DNA of 61,454 nucleotides, counting the filler. It is 7 parts of 7 records of this genome, joined end to end, with 100 filler letters (N's around TTAATTAATTAA, not from the genome) between each part and the next. Parts side by side here need not be neighbours in the genome. Positions count along the whole stretch, not along the records: positions 44,518 to 54,134 come from SRR31156797_6145; positions 54,235 to 61,454 come from SRR31156797_6150; 5 more parts are not named here. One strand, written 5' to 3'. Below, piece after piece: positions 49,101-59,115 of the stretch; within the stretch, counting starts at the first letter, position 1, and every line of letters begins with the position of its first letter. The notes under the pieces are model-generated. The model worked only from the letters and a program-made list of their open reading frames with translations. It searched no databases and was not told the origin of the DNA. The position numbers and the translations under genes were made by a program.

Positions 49101-49775
49101 GCTTTCAGCGATGAAAACAAAGCGAAAATGGCTGAAAACCTGGCAATAACCATCGAACGCCAAAATGAAGATGACGAAGGAGTACTTCGTCCGGAATATT
49201 CTCTAATGACTGGGTTTATTGGTACTGCATGGGTAAGCAAAGCCCTTTCCGACAATGGTTACAATGAACAGGCATACAAATTATTACAAAATACAAAATA
49301 CCCGTCATGGTTGTATTCCATTGAACAAGGTGCTACCTCAATTTGGGAGCGGTTAAATGGTTATACTGTGGAAAATGGATTTGGCGGTAACAATAGTATG
49401 AATTCATTTAACCACTATTCGTTTGGTGCCGTTGGTCAGTGGATGCTGGCTTATTCACTGGGAATTGAAAGAGATGAACCCGGATTCCAAAAATTCATTC
49501 TTCAACCAACACCCGACCCATCGGGTGAAATGACCTGGGCGGAAGGTTACTACGACTCTATGTACGGAAAAATTTACAGCAAATGGGAAGTTAATAACGG
49601 ACAACTAATTTATGAAGCAACTGTTCCGGGAAATACTTCTGCAACGCTCTATTTACCCGTAAAATCTGAAACTGACATTATCGATGCAGACGGATGCACT
49701 CTGGTAAAATTTGAAAACAACAAAGCAGTATATCAATTGCAATCAGGCACCTACAAATTTATAAGTAATTTATAA
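46152..49775 (+). CDS. GH78 alpha-L-rhamnosidase-family lipoprotein
   Basis: IPTDCPQRNERMGWSGD, GATSIWERLN and MNSFNHYSFGAV motifs. Confidence 0.93.
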   Translation: MNQKISGNKKIKKKAFQLFILLLSITSLTNCTSDKKIIDNLTVEYTATPLGIDVENPRFGWQMQTLPNERGYYQTAYQIEVKNNSGEIIWDSEKVNNNTSLAVKYEGTKLQPSTKYNWTVTVWDQNNEAHVANSWFETGLMNPSQSAWSGAEWIGGSDDDLVFYSHYQLIFNMKYSVAIVEGSTKAALVYGANDIRLMDKYKNIFQVENKKDESYIKLELDVSKIDGSSNGLAQLNVYRAGYTKDDNPDIPLKSFDIKSSVINSGNKYNKHNIAFNSAFGQITLSVDGQDDFFVQEESNNQNNDMPAFMRRNRGASVNLNPVGSGGNYIPFGMVCDLGFSAEPGQKAIFSDVEILNDRLPNNTLFKEDLSGVYNGIFAGKVNVSENAYLVDGGSEGILVIADPSRNSTPLLRTEFETTKKVENARLYVTARGIYEIFINGERVGNDYYNPGQTQYNKSHFYQTYDVTSLVKSGNNAIGAMMSEGWWSGLLSFGSIWNHFGDRQSLLAKMDITYSDGSKETITTDNNWKYYNNSPILYSSLDLGEVYDATKEDKIEGWKNAEFDDSDWQNTSVIPLEGTAFSGVERERDGSVTQFNYDDMQLIGQIGNNAGVFETLTAQSMEEVRPGVYVYNMGQNFVGVPKISISNGIAGDTLVLRFAEILYPDLEESGDNVGMIMTENYRAALCQDIYIMKNGAQVFQPKFTSRGYQIIEITGIDEPLPLEAVQGVAISSVIDLTAEYNTSNPQVNQLWSNLVWSNVDNFLTIPTDCPQRNERMGWSGDISVFSRTATYLSNSDQFLRRHMFAMRDVQKESGKFTDVAPIGGGFGGVLWGSAGITVPWETYLQFNDVALLEEHYDAMVAYIDYLETTLDPETGITSDGQLGDWLGPQNNKLGTPFLTTAYHVFDLEIMKNVASILEKSEDAARFEKMYKERKDFFNNTFVNEDGKTLGLVGGARGFGPVGPAQPEFRLADTQTSYAVGLALNAFSDENKAKMAENLAITIERQNEDDEGVLRPEYSLMTGFIGTAWVSKALSDNGYNEQAYKLLQNTKYPSWLYSIEQGATSIWERLNGYTVENGFGGNNSMNSFNHYSFGAVGQWMLAYSLGIERDEPGFQKFILQPTPDPSGEMTWAEGYYDSMYGKIYSKWEVNNGQLIYEATVPGNTSATLYLPVKSETDIIDADGCTLVKFENNKAVYQLQSGTYKFISNL

Positions 49776-50007
49776 TAACAACTTATTTTGTATTCTTATA
49801 CAATGGTTTAGTTAAGTTTCAAAAGGAAGACGAAAGTCGAAAAGGGGTGGAAATTAAAATCCCCCCTTTTTTAATCTTATTAATTTTTTTGTATTTTATT
49901 TTGAGGCACTATGCCTTTTAATCGTAAATTGTTTATTTTTACCGAATTGTAGTTTCACAGTTATAAAAAATATTAAAATAAAAATTAAACTTATATCAAC
50001 CTGAAAA

Positions 50008-53000
50008 ATGAAAACTTATTGGTCTAAAACTATAATTAAAAGCATTTTTATAATTGCTTTTATTATTTCCGGATATCTGCAGGCAAATGCATCTTCTACA
50101 AAGGTTTATGACTTAACTGTAAATTTCGAGAAAAATCCAATCGGCATTGAAACGGACAATATAAAATTCTCCTGGAAAATGAAATCAAACCTGATTGGTC
50201 AGGCACAGGAAAAATACCAGATTATTGTAACTGAAAAATCAGGAAATGAAATTTGGAACAGTGGAGAAACAATCAGTGATAAATCTGTAGCAATTCCTTA
50301 CGAAGGCCCGGATTTAAAATTCGAGACTCAATATAAATGGAATGTTACAGTAACATGTTCAAACGGTGAAATAATTAAATCAGAAACGAATTCTTTTGAA
50401 ACTGGAACTGATTTTGAAAATGCGGAATGGATCTATTATAAGCGAAAAGTTGACAATTGTTTTAAAAGTTCTATTAATATAGGCCTAAAACCAACGATAA
50501 TAGAAGATGGGTTCACCTTGTACTTTGGAATTAAAAATCAGGAAAACAAGTTTGAATGGACTTTTACAACAAAATCCCTTTCTGCTTCAAAAATAAATGC
50601 CAGTGGAAATTCATCGCTGGATGTTGTTGATTTATCGGAAATAGTTTCTGCAAACATTCCTTTCGAATTATCAGTCACTATTACCAACAATAAAATATTA
50701 ACAGTTATCGATGGCAAAGAAATTAGCTCAATTAAGCATTCCTATTCAATCGAACGGCCCTATGTTGGGTTAATGGTTTCAGAGCAACAAATGAACCGGA
50801 GAACAAGAGAAATTACCCGTCCGGCACAAACTGCCAGGTTTGAAAATTTCATACTAACTGTTGATGGAGAACAAGAACAAATCGGAGAACAGTCGTTTAC
50901 TTTAGAAGCGCCAATACCCGATCCCAATGCGCAACCACGCTTTGGTCCGCGGGGAGGTGGCGGTGGTGTTACATTTTATCAAACCAATTACAAGAGTCGG
51001 CCTGTTGAATATGAAGAAGAATCAACAAAAATGCCTTTGTTTAGAACAGAACAGGTACTTTCAGGAAAAGTAAAATCAGCTCGACTATATATTTCTTCTC
51101 TCGGAATCTTTGATGCATTTATCAATGGGAAAGAAGTAAAACAGCTTACAAACGACGGAAAAATTCTGGATGATATTTTCAGCCCGGGATGGACCAATTA
51201 CAACGATTACCTTTACTACCGCACTTACGATGTTTCATCGTATATTGAAGGAGATAAAATTGCTTTCGGAGCTATGTTGGGAAACGGCTGGTACGGGGGT
51301 TTAATTGGCCGTGAATATTACCACGAAATTGGAGAAGCCGGGATAAACGAACCTGCATTAATAGCAAAATTATGTATTTATTATGAAGATGGAAGCCAGC
51401 AGGTTATAACTACAAATACTGAAGAATGGACGGTTTCCGAAGAAGGTCCGGTAATTCTAAACGATTTCTTTATTGGTGAAATTTACGACGCCAGGCTTGA
51501 AAAAAATATAGAAGGCTGGAACAATCCAGGATTTGACGATTCTGGCTGGAAAAAAGTTAACCAGCTCACAGATTTTAACCCTCAACTAACTGGAGGAGAT
51601 GAGAATACAGCCTACATGCTCGAGGAGTATCGGATCAATCCAAAAGCCGGTGAAGATACCTACATTTTTGATCCTGAGAATATTAATTTTTCCAGCGATC
51701 TGAAATTTGGCAGCGTTGTTCCCGAAAAGGTAGATCCCGAGAAAAAGATTACCCTGAACAAGGGAAAAAAATTAATGGTCGATTTAGGACAAAATATTGC
51801 AGGTGTTACAGGAATCAGGGTTTCTGGTCCGGAAGGAACGCAAATTCGGTTACAGGGAGCAGAAATGCTAAACGATGGCAAAAACAACCCAAATCATGAA
51901 AGTGGAGCCGGTAGTTGTGGTCCAAAAGGAACACTTTACCTCACAGGTTTAACAAGAGACCGCCATGATGAAAAAGAATGGTACACCGATGTGTATTACC
52001 TGAATGATAAAGAAATTCAGGATTATCGCGCAAGCTATACCTTCCACGGTTATCGTTATCTTGAAATTTCTACAGATAATGATGTTGTTATTCATAAAAT
52101 CTATGCCCAGCCAATTACCTCAGTTACCAAACAAACGGGGAATATTATAACCAATAACGAAAATGTAAATCAACTCTTTAAAAACTCCCTCTGGAGCCAA
52201 ATGGGCAACCACATCACCATTCCAACCGATTGCCCAAACCGTTCAGAAAGACTCGGCTGGTCGGGCGATATTACGGTATTTGCCGAAACTGCATTATACA
52301 ATTTTGATGCTTTTAATTTTATGAACAATTACATGGAAATTGCATCAAATTATGCTGAAAATAATGATGGAAGGTTTGGCACAACCATGCCTGGACCAAG
52401 CAACGGGGCAGCAGTTTCAAGTGGTGGTTTTGGCGGCGGCGGAAGAACAAATGCCGGCTGGACAGACGTAGGTATTATTTTAACCTGGGCATTGTTCCAG
52501 CAAACTGGCGATATTTCTGTTTTGGAGAAAAACTATGATTTACTCGCTGCATACATGGACGAAGTAATTGAAGACGATCTTCGCGCCGGTTATGGCGACT
52601 GGGTAGCGCTACAAACTACTTCAGGAACATTTATGGCCGGTGTTTACCAGGCTTACGACGCACTTTTAATGTCGAAAATAGCCGAAGAGGTTGGGAATTA
52701 TTTCGATGTAAAAAAATACAAGATTGAATATGAAAGGATGAGAGAAATTCTGGCTGAAAAATACGTCGATAATAAAGGAAATTTATTGTCTGTAACTGCC
52801 GATAATATTACCAATGGCGGATTCCTTTCAACCGGTATTATTCAGGATAATTCACAAACCAGCATTCTTTGGGCATTAAAAATGCAGTTGTATAATTCAG
52901 AGGAAGAGAAGCAAACTTTTATTAAAAACCTGCTTACTAATATTGATAATGAAGGTGGAAGTATTCGCAAAGCACAGGGAGAAAAAACATTATCTACAGG

Positions 53001-53658
53001 ATTTTTGGGCGTTAACGTGCTGTTACCAGTACTTACCGAAAACGGATTGGCTAGTTCAGCTTACGACCTTTTACTTCAGGATGAAATGCCTTCATGGCTT
53101 TATGAAGTAAAACAGGGAGCAACAACTACATGGGAAAGATGGAATGCCTACAGTCATATAAACAGTTTCGAAGATAATGGTATGAATTCCTTCAACCATT
53201 ACGCTTACGGTGCAGTTACCGAATGGATGTTTGAATACATGGCAGGCATTCAGAAAGATGAAAAGAATCCGGGATTCAAAAATGTTATTCTTCAACCCAT
53301 AATTGATAACGGAAGTAAATTCAATAATCAAGAGAGAATTAACAGGGTTACCGGTGAATATGAATCGTATTACGGCAAAATAACTTCCGGCTGGTCGGCA
53401 AAAGATGGAAATCTTGTTAGTTATTCAGTAACTATTCCTGCCAATACTACAGCTACCTTATTTCTTCCAGTTGGTAAAAATCTAACAAATGAATCGCTTG
53501 ATAATTTTGAAAGTATTCCGGGAATATCGTTCAAAGAGATAACCTTGAAAAACGGATTGAATGTTGCTGAATTTCAAGTGCTTTCAGGAGCATTCCTGTT
53601 TGAAATAGAAAATGGAAAACTTCAGGTTTCTTCAACAAAGGAGTATGTATTGAAATAA
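50008..53658 (+). CDS. GH78 alpha-L-rhamnosidase-family protein
   Basis: IPTDCPNRSERLGWSGD, GATTTWERWN and MNSFNHYAYGAV motifs. Confidence 0.93.
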   Translation: MKTYWSKTIIKSIFIIAFIISGYLQANASSTKVYDLTVNFEKNPIGIETDNIKFSWKMKSNLIGQAQEKYQIIVTEKSGNEIWNSGETISDKSVAIPYEGPDLKFETQYKWNVTVTCSNGEIIKSETNSFETGTDFENAEWIYYKRKVDNCFKSSINIGLKPTIIEDGFTLYFGIKNQENKFEWTFTTKSLSASKINASGNSSLDVVDLSEIVSANIPFELSVTITNNKILTVIDGKEISSIKHSYSIERPYVGLMVSEQQMNRRTREITRPAQTARFENFILTVDGEQEQIGEQSFTLEAPIPDPNAQPRFGPRGGGGGVTFYQTNYKSRPVEYEEESTKMPLFRTEQVLSGKVKSARLYISSLGIFDAFINGKEVKQLTNDGKILDDIFSPGWTNYNDYLYYRTYDVSSYIEGDKIAFGAMLGNGWYGGLIGREYYHEIGEAGINEPALIAKLCIYYEDGSQQVITTNTEEWTVSEEGPVILNDFFIGEIYDARLEKNIEGWNNPGFDDSGWKKVNQLTDFNPQLTGGDENTAYMLEEYRINPKAGEDTYIFDPENINFSSDLKFGSVVPEKVDPEKKITLNKGKKLMVDLGQNIAGVTGIRVSGPEGTQIRLQGAEMLNDGKNNPNHESGAGSCGPKGTLYLTGLTRDRHDEKEWYTDVYYLNDKEIQDYRASYTFHGYRYLEISTDNDVVIHKIYAQPITSVTKQTGNIITNNENVNQLFKNSLWSQMGNHITIPTDCPNRSERLGWSGDITVFAETALYNFDAFNFMNNYMEIASNYAENNDGRFGTTMPGPSNGAAVSSGGFGGGGRTNAGWTDVGIILTWALFQQTGDISVLEKNYDLLAAYMDEVIEDDLRAGYGDWVALQTTSGTFMAGVYQAYDALLMSKIAEEVGNYFDVKKYKIEYERMREILAEKYVDNKGNLLSVTADNITNGGFLSTGIIQDNSQTSILWALKMQLYNSEEEKQTFIKNLLTNIDNEGGSIRKAQGEKTLSTGFLGVNVLLPVLTENGLASSAYDLLLQDEMPSWLYEVKQGATTTWERWNAYSHINSFEDNGMNSFNHYAYGAVTEWMFEYMAGIQKDEKNPGFKNVILQPIIDNGSKFNNQERINRVTGEYESYYGKITSGWSAKDGNLVSYSVTIPANTTATLFLPVGKNLTNESLDNFESIPGISFKEITLKNGLNVAEFQVLSGAFLFEIENGKLQVSSTKEYVLK

Positions 53659-53745
53659 TCCGACTTGAACTACACCAAAGCTTTTCAGATGATAATTCAT
53701 TCAAAATAAACTACTTAATAATTAACAAATAAAGGAGGCTATCCA

Positions 53746-54134
53746 ATGAACTCATTAAAAATCGTTCCCTACATTAAAAATTTCTTGTTTGTGCTTTTTG
53801 TGACAACCGGAATTACAGTGCTGTTTTCTGCCTGCGAAAAAACCATAACTTATCCGGTAACTCCCGACACTCTTGGATCTGGCAACGTCAAATGGTCGGA
53901 AGCTGAGACTGTTGACGGCTGGACTAAAGTAACCAACGAAGATGGCACCACACTCGGATATTCAAAGAACTCAGGTCTTCAGCTAATCCAGCTTGACGGA
54001 TATGCTTTTAAAGATCTCAACAGAAACAATTTGCTCGATGAGTTTGAAGACTGGCGCCTCGATTTTAAAACCAGAGCAAAAGCCATGGTTGATGAATTTA
54101 CAGTAGAACAAATGATGGGAATGAAAATGAATCC
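53746..54134 (+). CDS. Probable GH3-like glycosidase lipoprotein, N-terminus (truncated)
   Basis: Lipobox FSAC; DGYAFKDLNRN..LD.FEDWRL...RA motif seen at GH3 N-termini. Confidence 0.65.
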
Positions 54135-54234
54135 NNNNNNNNNNNNNNNNNNNNNNNNNNNNNNNNNNNNNNNNNNNNTTAATTAATTAANNNNNNNNNN
54201 NNNNNNNNNNNNNNNNNNNNNNNNNNNNNNNNNN
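54135..54234. other. Artificial contig spacer
   Basis: N-run + TTAATTAATTAA + N-run. Confidence 0.98.
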
Positions 54235-55268
54235 ATTATATCATCTCCTATGGTAAATGCAAGCTTGGATTTTTCTTCCACACACACGTCTCCACCCAGG
54301 AGAATAACTTCAGTCTCTATGTTAATTCCTTCTATTTCTGTTATGTCAATTATTAGTTTTTCCATGCACACATTTCCTATAACCTCACACTTTTGATTAT
54401 GAATAAATACATAACCTTTACCTGATAATTGCCTCATATACCCTTGAGCATATCCAACAGGTATAATTGCTATTGTTCTCTCTTTAATACTTGGTTTTAG
54501 TGAATAGGAAATTCTATCGCCTATCTTTATTTTTTTTACTTCAATCACTTTACTCTTCCATGTAAATATTTCTTTTATATTTCCATCCGGTTCAATCAAA
54601 GGTTGTAAACCATAGAGTGACATCCCTATTCTAACAAAATCTAAGTTATATTTATTATATTTTAGTCCCGCTGCGCTGTTGGCTATATGTTTGCACTTAA
54701 AAAGTATCCTATTTTTTCCAAACTTTGTCAATAGTTTTTCAAATTGCTTAAATTGGTATTCAGTATATTTTTCATCGGATTCCGCAGCTGCAAAATGACT
54801 GTAAATCCCTTCAACATTGATTTTATTTTTAATAAAAATTTCGGACGCTTCTCGAACATTAGCCAATTTAAAACCAAGTCTATTCATTCCTGTATCAACT
54901 TTAACATGGAATTTCAGTTTTTCTATATCCTTCCCTAAATCATCTATCCATTTATTTAAATAATAGGTATTAAATATTGTAAATATATAATTTTTATTTA
55001 TGCTATTTTTAAAATTTTCTGAATTTGTTTCATTAAAAATCAAGATCTCTTTTGTTACACCATTCTCTCTTAATTCTTCAGCTTCGGCATATGTTGCAAC
55101 TGCAAACATGTCTGTTCCTAGTTTTTCAAGTTCCTGAGATATTCTAACCGCTCCCATGCCATATGCATTAGCCTTAACTACAGAGATTATTTTTGTTTTA
55201 GTTTTTTCTTTCATGTAGTTAAAATTACTAGCTAACTTATTTAAATCTATTTCTAACCATGTATCCAA
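54235..55268 (-). CDS. alr: Alanine racemase (3'-truncated)
   Basis: VVKANAYG, HVKVDTGMNRLG, HIANSA and IPVGYA.G motifs. Confidence 0.93.
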
Positions 55269-55294
55269 TCTTTTATGCCCCCACTTTTTTATAT

Positions 55295-56818
55295 TTAGTC
55301 TATTTTTTTCCTAAAATTTAGTGCTTCCAGTAAATGACCTACCTGAACGATTTTTTCCCCCGCTAAATCAGCAATTGTTCTGGAAACTTTAAGTATTCTA
55401 TCAAAACCTCTTGCTGACAGGTTCATATTTCTACTTGCTATTTTTAACATATTTTCTGCTTCTTTATCTAATTTACAGTATTTTTTTATATCTTTAGATG
55501 TCATATTAGAATTGGTATACTTATTATCGAATCTATTATTTTGAAGTTCTCTCGCTAGTTCAATTCTTTCTTTAATTATTTCGGATTTTTCACCTTCTGA
55601 ATAATTAAATAGTTCTTCCTCTTTAAGTTTTTGTACTTCAACGTAAAGATCTATTCTATCAAGGATCGGTCCTGAAAGTTTCTCCATATATTTTTTTCTC
55701 TCTCGTTCAGTACAAGTACAGAAATTTATTCCTTCATTTCCATAATGACCACATGGGCAAGGGTTACTTGCGCCTATAAGAATAAAGTTACTTGGAAATG
55801 TAGTTCTGTATAGTGATCTACTTATACTAATCTGTCTGTCTTCTAATGGTTGTCTTAATGTTTCCAAAACTTTTTTAGGAAATTCAGCCATCTCGTCTAA
55901 AAACAATACTCCATTATGAGACAAAGATATCTCTCCTGGTTTAGCAACTCTTCCTCCACCGATAAGTGATACATCGGACGCAGTATGATGAGGACTTCTA
56001 AACGGTCTTTTATTCATAACTGGATTGTTTTTACTTAACATTCCTGCCACACTATATATTTTAGTTGATTCAATCTTTTCCTGTTCATTCATTTCAGGTA
56101 AGATAGTTATGAATCTTTTGGCAAGCATCGATTTTCCTGAACCTGGTGGTCCTATCATGAATAGATTATGCCCCCCTGCCGCTGATATCTCCATGGCTCT
56201 TTTTGCCTGGTATTGCCCTTTAACTTCTGCAAAATCTATTTCATAGTTTGAAGTGCTATTTATATCTTCGATATCCAAATTATTATCAATTTCAATACCA
56301 TCATTTAAGAAGTTAACAACATCTTTAAGATTTCTAACTAGAACTATGTCAATTCCTTGAATTAAACAAGCCTCTTTTCTATTTTCATAAGGCAGAATTA
56401 CACCTTTCAAACCATTTTCTTTTGCCAAAATCACAGCATTAATTATTCCTTTAGTAGATTTAATTTCTCCACTTAATGAAATTTCGCCTATGATTAAATA
56501 ATTTTTTAATTTTTCACTTAATAAAACTCCGTAACATGATAAGATTCCAACAGCTATTGGTAAATCAAAAGCTGCCCCCTCTTTTCTAATATCTGCCGGA
56601 GACAAATTGACTACTATTTTTTTAGGAGTAATCTCAAAACCACTATTTTTAATCCCTGCTCTAACTCTTTCCTTACTTTCAGCTATTGCAGTATCCCCCA
56701 TACCTACTATATTAAATGCCGGAAGTCCATTATTTATATCAACCTCAACATCTACTAAAAATGTTTCTACCCCTAGAAAACTACTACTTAGTACTTTTGA
56801 TAGCATATTTGACCCCAT
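55295..56818 (-). CDS. comM: YifB/ComM Mg-chelatase-like AAA+ ATPase
   Basis: GPPGSGKS, PFRSPHH, LFLDE and NPCPCG motifs. Confidence 0.92.
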   Translation of the reverse strand: MGSNMLSKVLSSSFLGVETFLVDVEVDINNGLPAFNIVGMGDTAIAESKERVRAGIKNSGFEITPKKIVVNLSPADIRKEGAAFDLPIAVGILSCYGVLLSEKLKNYLIIGEISLSGEIKSTKGIINAVILAKENGLKGVILPYENRKEACLIQGIDIVLVRNLKDVVNFLNDGIEIDNNLDIEDINSTSNYEIDFAEVKGQYQAKRAMEISAAGGHNLFMIGPPGSGKSMLAKRFITILPEMNEQEKIESTKIYSVAGMLSKNNPVMNKRPFRSPHHTASDVSLIGGGRVAKPGEISLSHNGVLFLDEMAEFPKKVLETLRQPLEDRQISISRSLYRTTFPSNFILIGASNPCPCGHYGNEGINFCTCTERERKKYMEKLSGPILDRIDLYVEVQKLKEEELFNYSEGEKSEIIKERIELARELQNNRFDNKYTNSNMTSKDIKKYCKLDKEAENMLKIASRNMNLSARGFDRILKVSRTIADLAGEKIVQVGHLLEALNFRKKID

Positions 56819-56920
56819 TTCTATTTTATTTTTTTGCCATGGATAAACACAGATCTAAAAAAATTAAAGGCAATTAGTAATCCACAGCAATATTCTTCAA
56901 TTTTTTCTTTTTTATTCAAT

Positions 56921-58060
56921 TTAATCTTCTAAGGCTTTTATAAATCTATCTATATCTTCAAACTCCAGTAGTGCCCCTAATGATATTCTCAATCTAGGTT
57001 TTACTACTGTTGGTTTTCGTATTGCTGCAATATATATTCCCCGCTTTAATAATTTTTGACTTAACTCCAGTACTCGTTCGTTGCTATCAAAAATTACCGG
57101 TATAATTTGTGTCTCCGTTTCCCCAACATTATAACCTAAATGATGTAATTTTTCCAGAGTATATATTTTAAGCTTCTTTAACTTTTCTCTTCTCTCTTCT
57201 TCCAATTCAGAAATTTCAAGCGCTCTTAAACTTACAGCTGCAATTAATGGTGGAATAGTCGTTGTATAAATTAAGCTTCTTCCTTTATTAATGATATATT
57301 CAATCAGTTCTGTCTTTCCAGCTGCATAGCCTCCTTGAGCCCCATATGCTTTAGAAAAAGTTCCCATATTTATATCGATTTCTTCAAGAACATTTTGCTC
57401 TTCAGCAAGCCCCGCTCCATTTTTACCTAATACTCCTCCTGCGTGTGCTTCATCAATCATTAATAAGGCATTATAATTTTTTTTTAGATCAACTAACTCA
57501 TTTAATTTAGCTTTATCTCCATCCATACTAAAAACTGTATCTGTAACTATTAAAGCTTTTTTATAATCTGCTCGATTTTTATCAAGTTTTTTTTCCAAGT
57601 CAAGTATATCATTATGTTTATATCTTATTAGTTTAGCTCCACTAAGTTTTATTCCATCGTATATACTAGCATGATTTAACTTATCACAAAATATCACATC
57701 ATTTTCATCAACGAGGGAACTGATTATTCCAATATTGGCATCATAACCACTATTGAAGAATACTGCCTTTTCTTGTTTTTTTAATTCAGCTATTTTCTCT
57801 TCAAGTTTATCAAATATATCCGCTGTTCCACAAACTAATCTACTTGCTCCACTTCCTATTCCGTATTTTTCAATGGCCTCTTTTGCAGTTTTTTTTAGTT
57901 CACCGCTATCTCTTAAACCAAGATAATTACTTGAAGACATATCCAGATATCTCTTCTCCTCTATGATAATATATTTATTTTCTAATCTATCGATTTTTTT
58001 TATTTGTCTAAAATTATTATTTGATTTTAACTTATCTAACTCATCACTATAAAAAGACAT
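56921..58060 (-). CDS. bioF: 8-amino-7-oxononanoate synthase
   Basis: SNYLGL, GSGASRLV, VFSMDGD, DEAH and GTFSKAYG motifs; next to bioB. Confidence 0.92.
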   Translation of the reverse strand: MSFYSDELDKLKSNNNFRQIKKIDRLENKYIIIEEKRYLDMSSSNYLGLRDSGELKKTAKEAIEKYGIGSGASRLVCGTADIFDKLEEKIAELKKQEKAVFFNSGYDANIGIISSLVDENDVIFCDKLNHASIYDGIKLSGAKLIRYKHNDILDLEKKLDKNRADYKKALIVTDTVFSMDGDKAKLNELVDLKKNYNALLMIDEAHAGGVLGKNGAGLAEEQNVLEEIDINMGTFSKAYGAQGGYAAGKTELIEYIINKGRSLIYTTTIPPLIAAVSLRALEISELEEERREKLKKLKIYTLEKLHHLGYNVGETETQIIPVIFDSNERVLELSQKLLKRGIYIAAIRKPTVVKPRLRISLGALLEFEDIDRFIKALED

Positions 58061-58098
58061 ATTTTCTCCTATTAGTTTATAATTGACTCATTGGTCAA

Positions 58099-58131
58099 CA
58101 AAAGAAAAAGCAGTTTCTACAGAAACCGCTC
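58099..58131 (-). terminator. Terminator after bioB
   Basis: Minus strand AGCGGTTTC-tgta-GAAACTGCT followed by TTTTCTTTT. Confidence 0.7.
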
Positions 58132-58140
58132 CTAATTATA

Positions 58141-59112
58141 CTATTTAACTTCCCACATTTTTTTTATATTTTCTATAAATGTAAAATCTTCCTCTTCACT
58201 TCTTCCTTTAAGAGTTAGATACCCTCCTACTAACATTCCATTAGCTCCGGCCATAAATGCCATCCCCATGAAATCTTTAAGGATTCCTTCTCTTCCTGCT
58301 CCAATTTTAAGTACTTTATTTTTATGAATAAGCCTATAAATTGCAAAAGTTTTAAGTATCTCGTCCATACCAAGGTGTTCTCTTTCACCTAAAGGAGTTC
58401 CCTTTATCGGGTTTAATATGTTAATTGGAATCCCATCAACATCTAGCTCTTTAAGAGTAAATGCCATATCTATTCGATCTTCCCAAGTTTCACCCATTCC
58501 AATGATTCCACCACTACAAACATCTACTCCAGCTCTTTTTGCAGCTTTAATTGTTTCAATTCTATCATCAATTTTATGTGTAGTAGCTACAATATCATTA
58601 TAAGCTTCAACTGATGTTTGAAGATTATTGTGGATTCTTGTCACTCCTAATTCTTTTAATTCTAAAATTTCTTCTTCTGAAAGAAGACCAATTGAACAAC
58701 AAAGGTCTACACTTTCACCTTTTTCTTTTGCTTGCGTTACAAAGCTTTTAATATCTTCAAAATCTTGTGATCCTTTTTTAATACTTCTTCCACTTGTTAC
58801 AACTCCAAATTTACTTGAACCAAGTTCAGAAGCTCTTTCATATTCTTCTAAAAGTTTATCAGTAGCTTTTAGCTCATAAGTTTTAACTTCTGTATTATAA
58901 TGAGCTGATTGAGCACAGAATTTACAATCTTCCTGGCATAATCCTGATTTAGCATTTGATATTGTACAAGTATTTATTTTGTTTCCACAGTATTTTTCTC
59001 TAATTTCATTTGCAACAGCAAATAGTTCCATTAATTTTGCACCAGAAAGTTTTGTTAATTCCAAAGCTTCCTCTTTAGTAATTTCATTATCAATAAATTT
59101 TCTTAAATCCAA
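58141..59112 (-). CDS. bioB: Biotin synthase
   Basis: CQEDCKFCAQS, CSGGIIGMGE, GREG and GANG...GYLT motifs. Confidence 0.95.
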   Translation of the reverse strand: MDLRKFIDNEITKEEALELTKLSGAKLMELFAVANEIREKYCGNKINTCTISNAKSGLCQEDCKFCAQSAHYNTEVKTYELKATDKLLEEYERASELGSSKFGVVTSGRSIKKGSQDFEDIKSFVTQAKEKGESVDLCCSIGLLSEEEILELKELGVTRIHNNLQTSVEAYNDIVATTHKIDDRIETIKAAKRAGVDVCSGGIIGMGETWEDRIDMAFTLKELDVDGIPINILNPIKGTPLGEREHLGMDEILKTFAIYRLIHKNKVLKIGAGREGILKDFMGMAFMAGANGMLVGGYLTLKGRSEEEDFTFIENIKKMWEVK

Positions 59113-59115
59113 ATT

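Noticed and set aside
8360-54234. Six copies of TTAATTAATTAA as a biological repeat
   Set aside because: Always centred in a 100-nt N-padded spacer; an artificial joiner.
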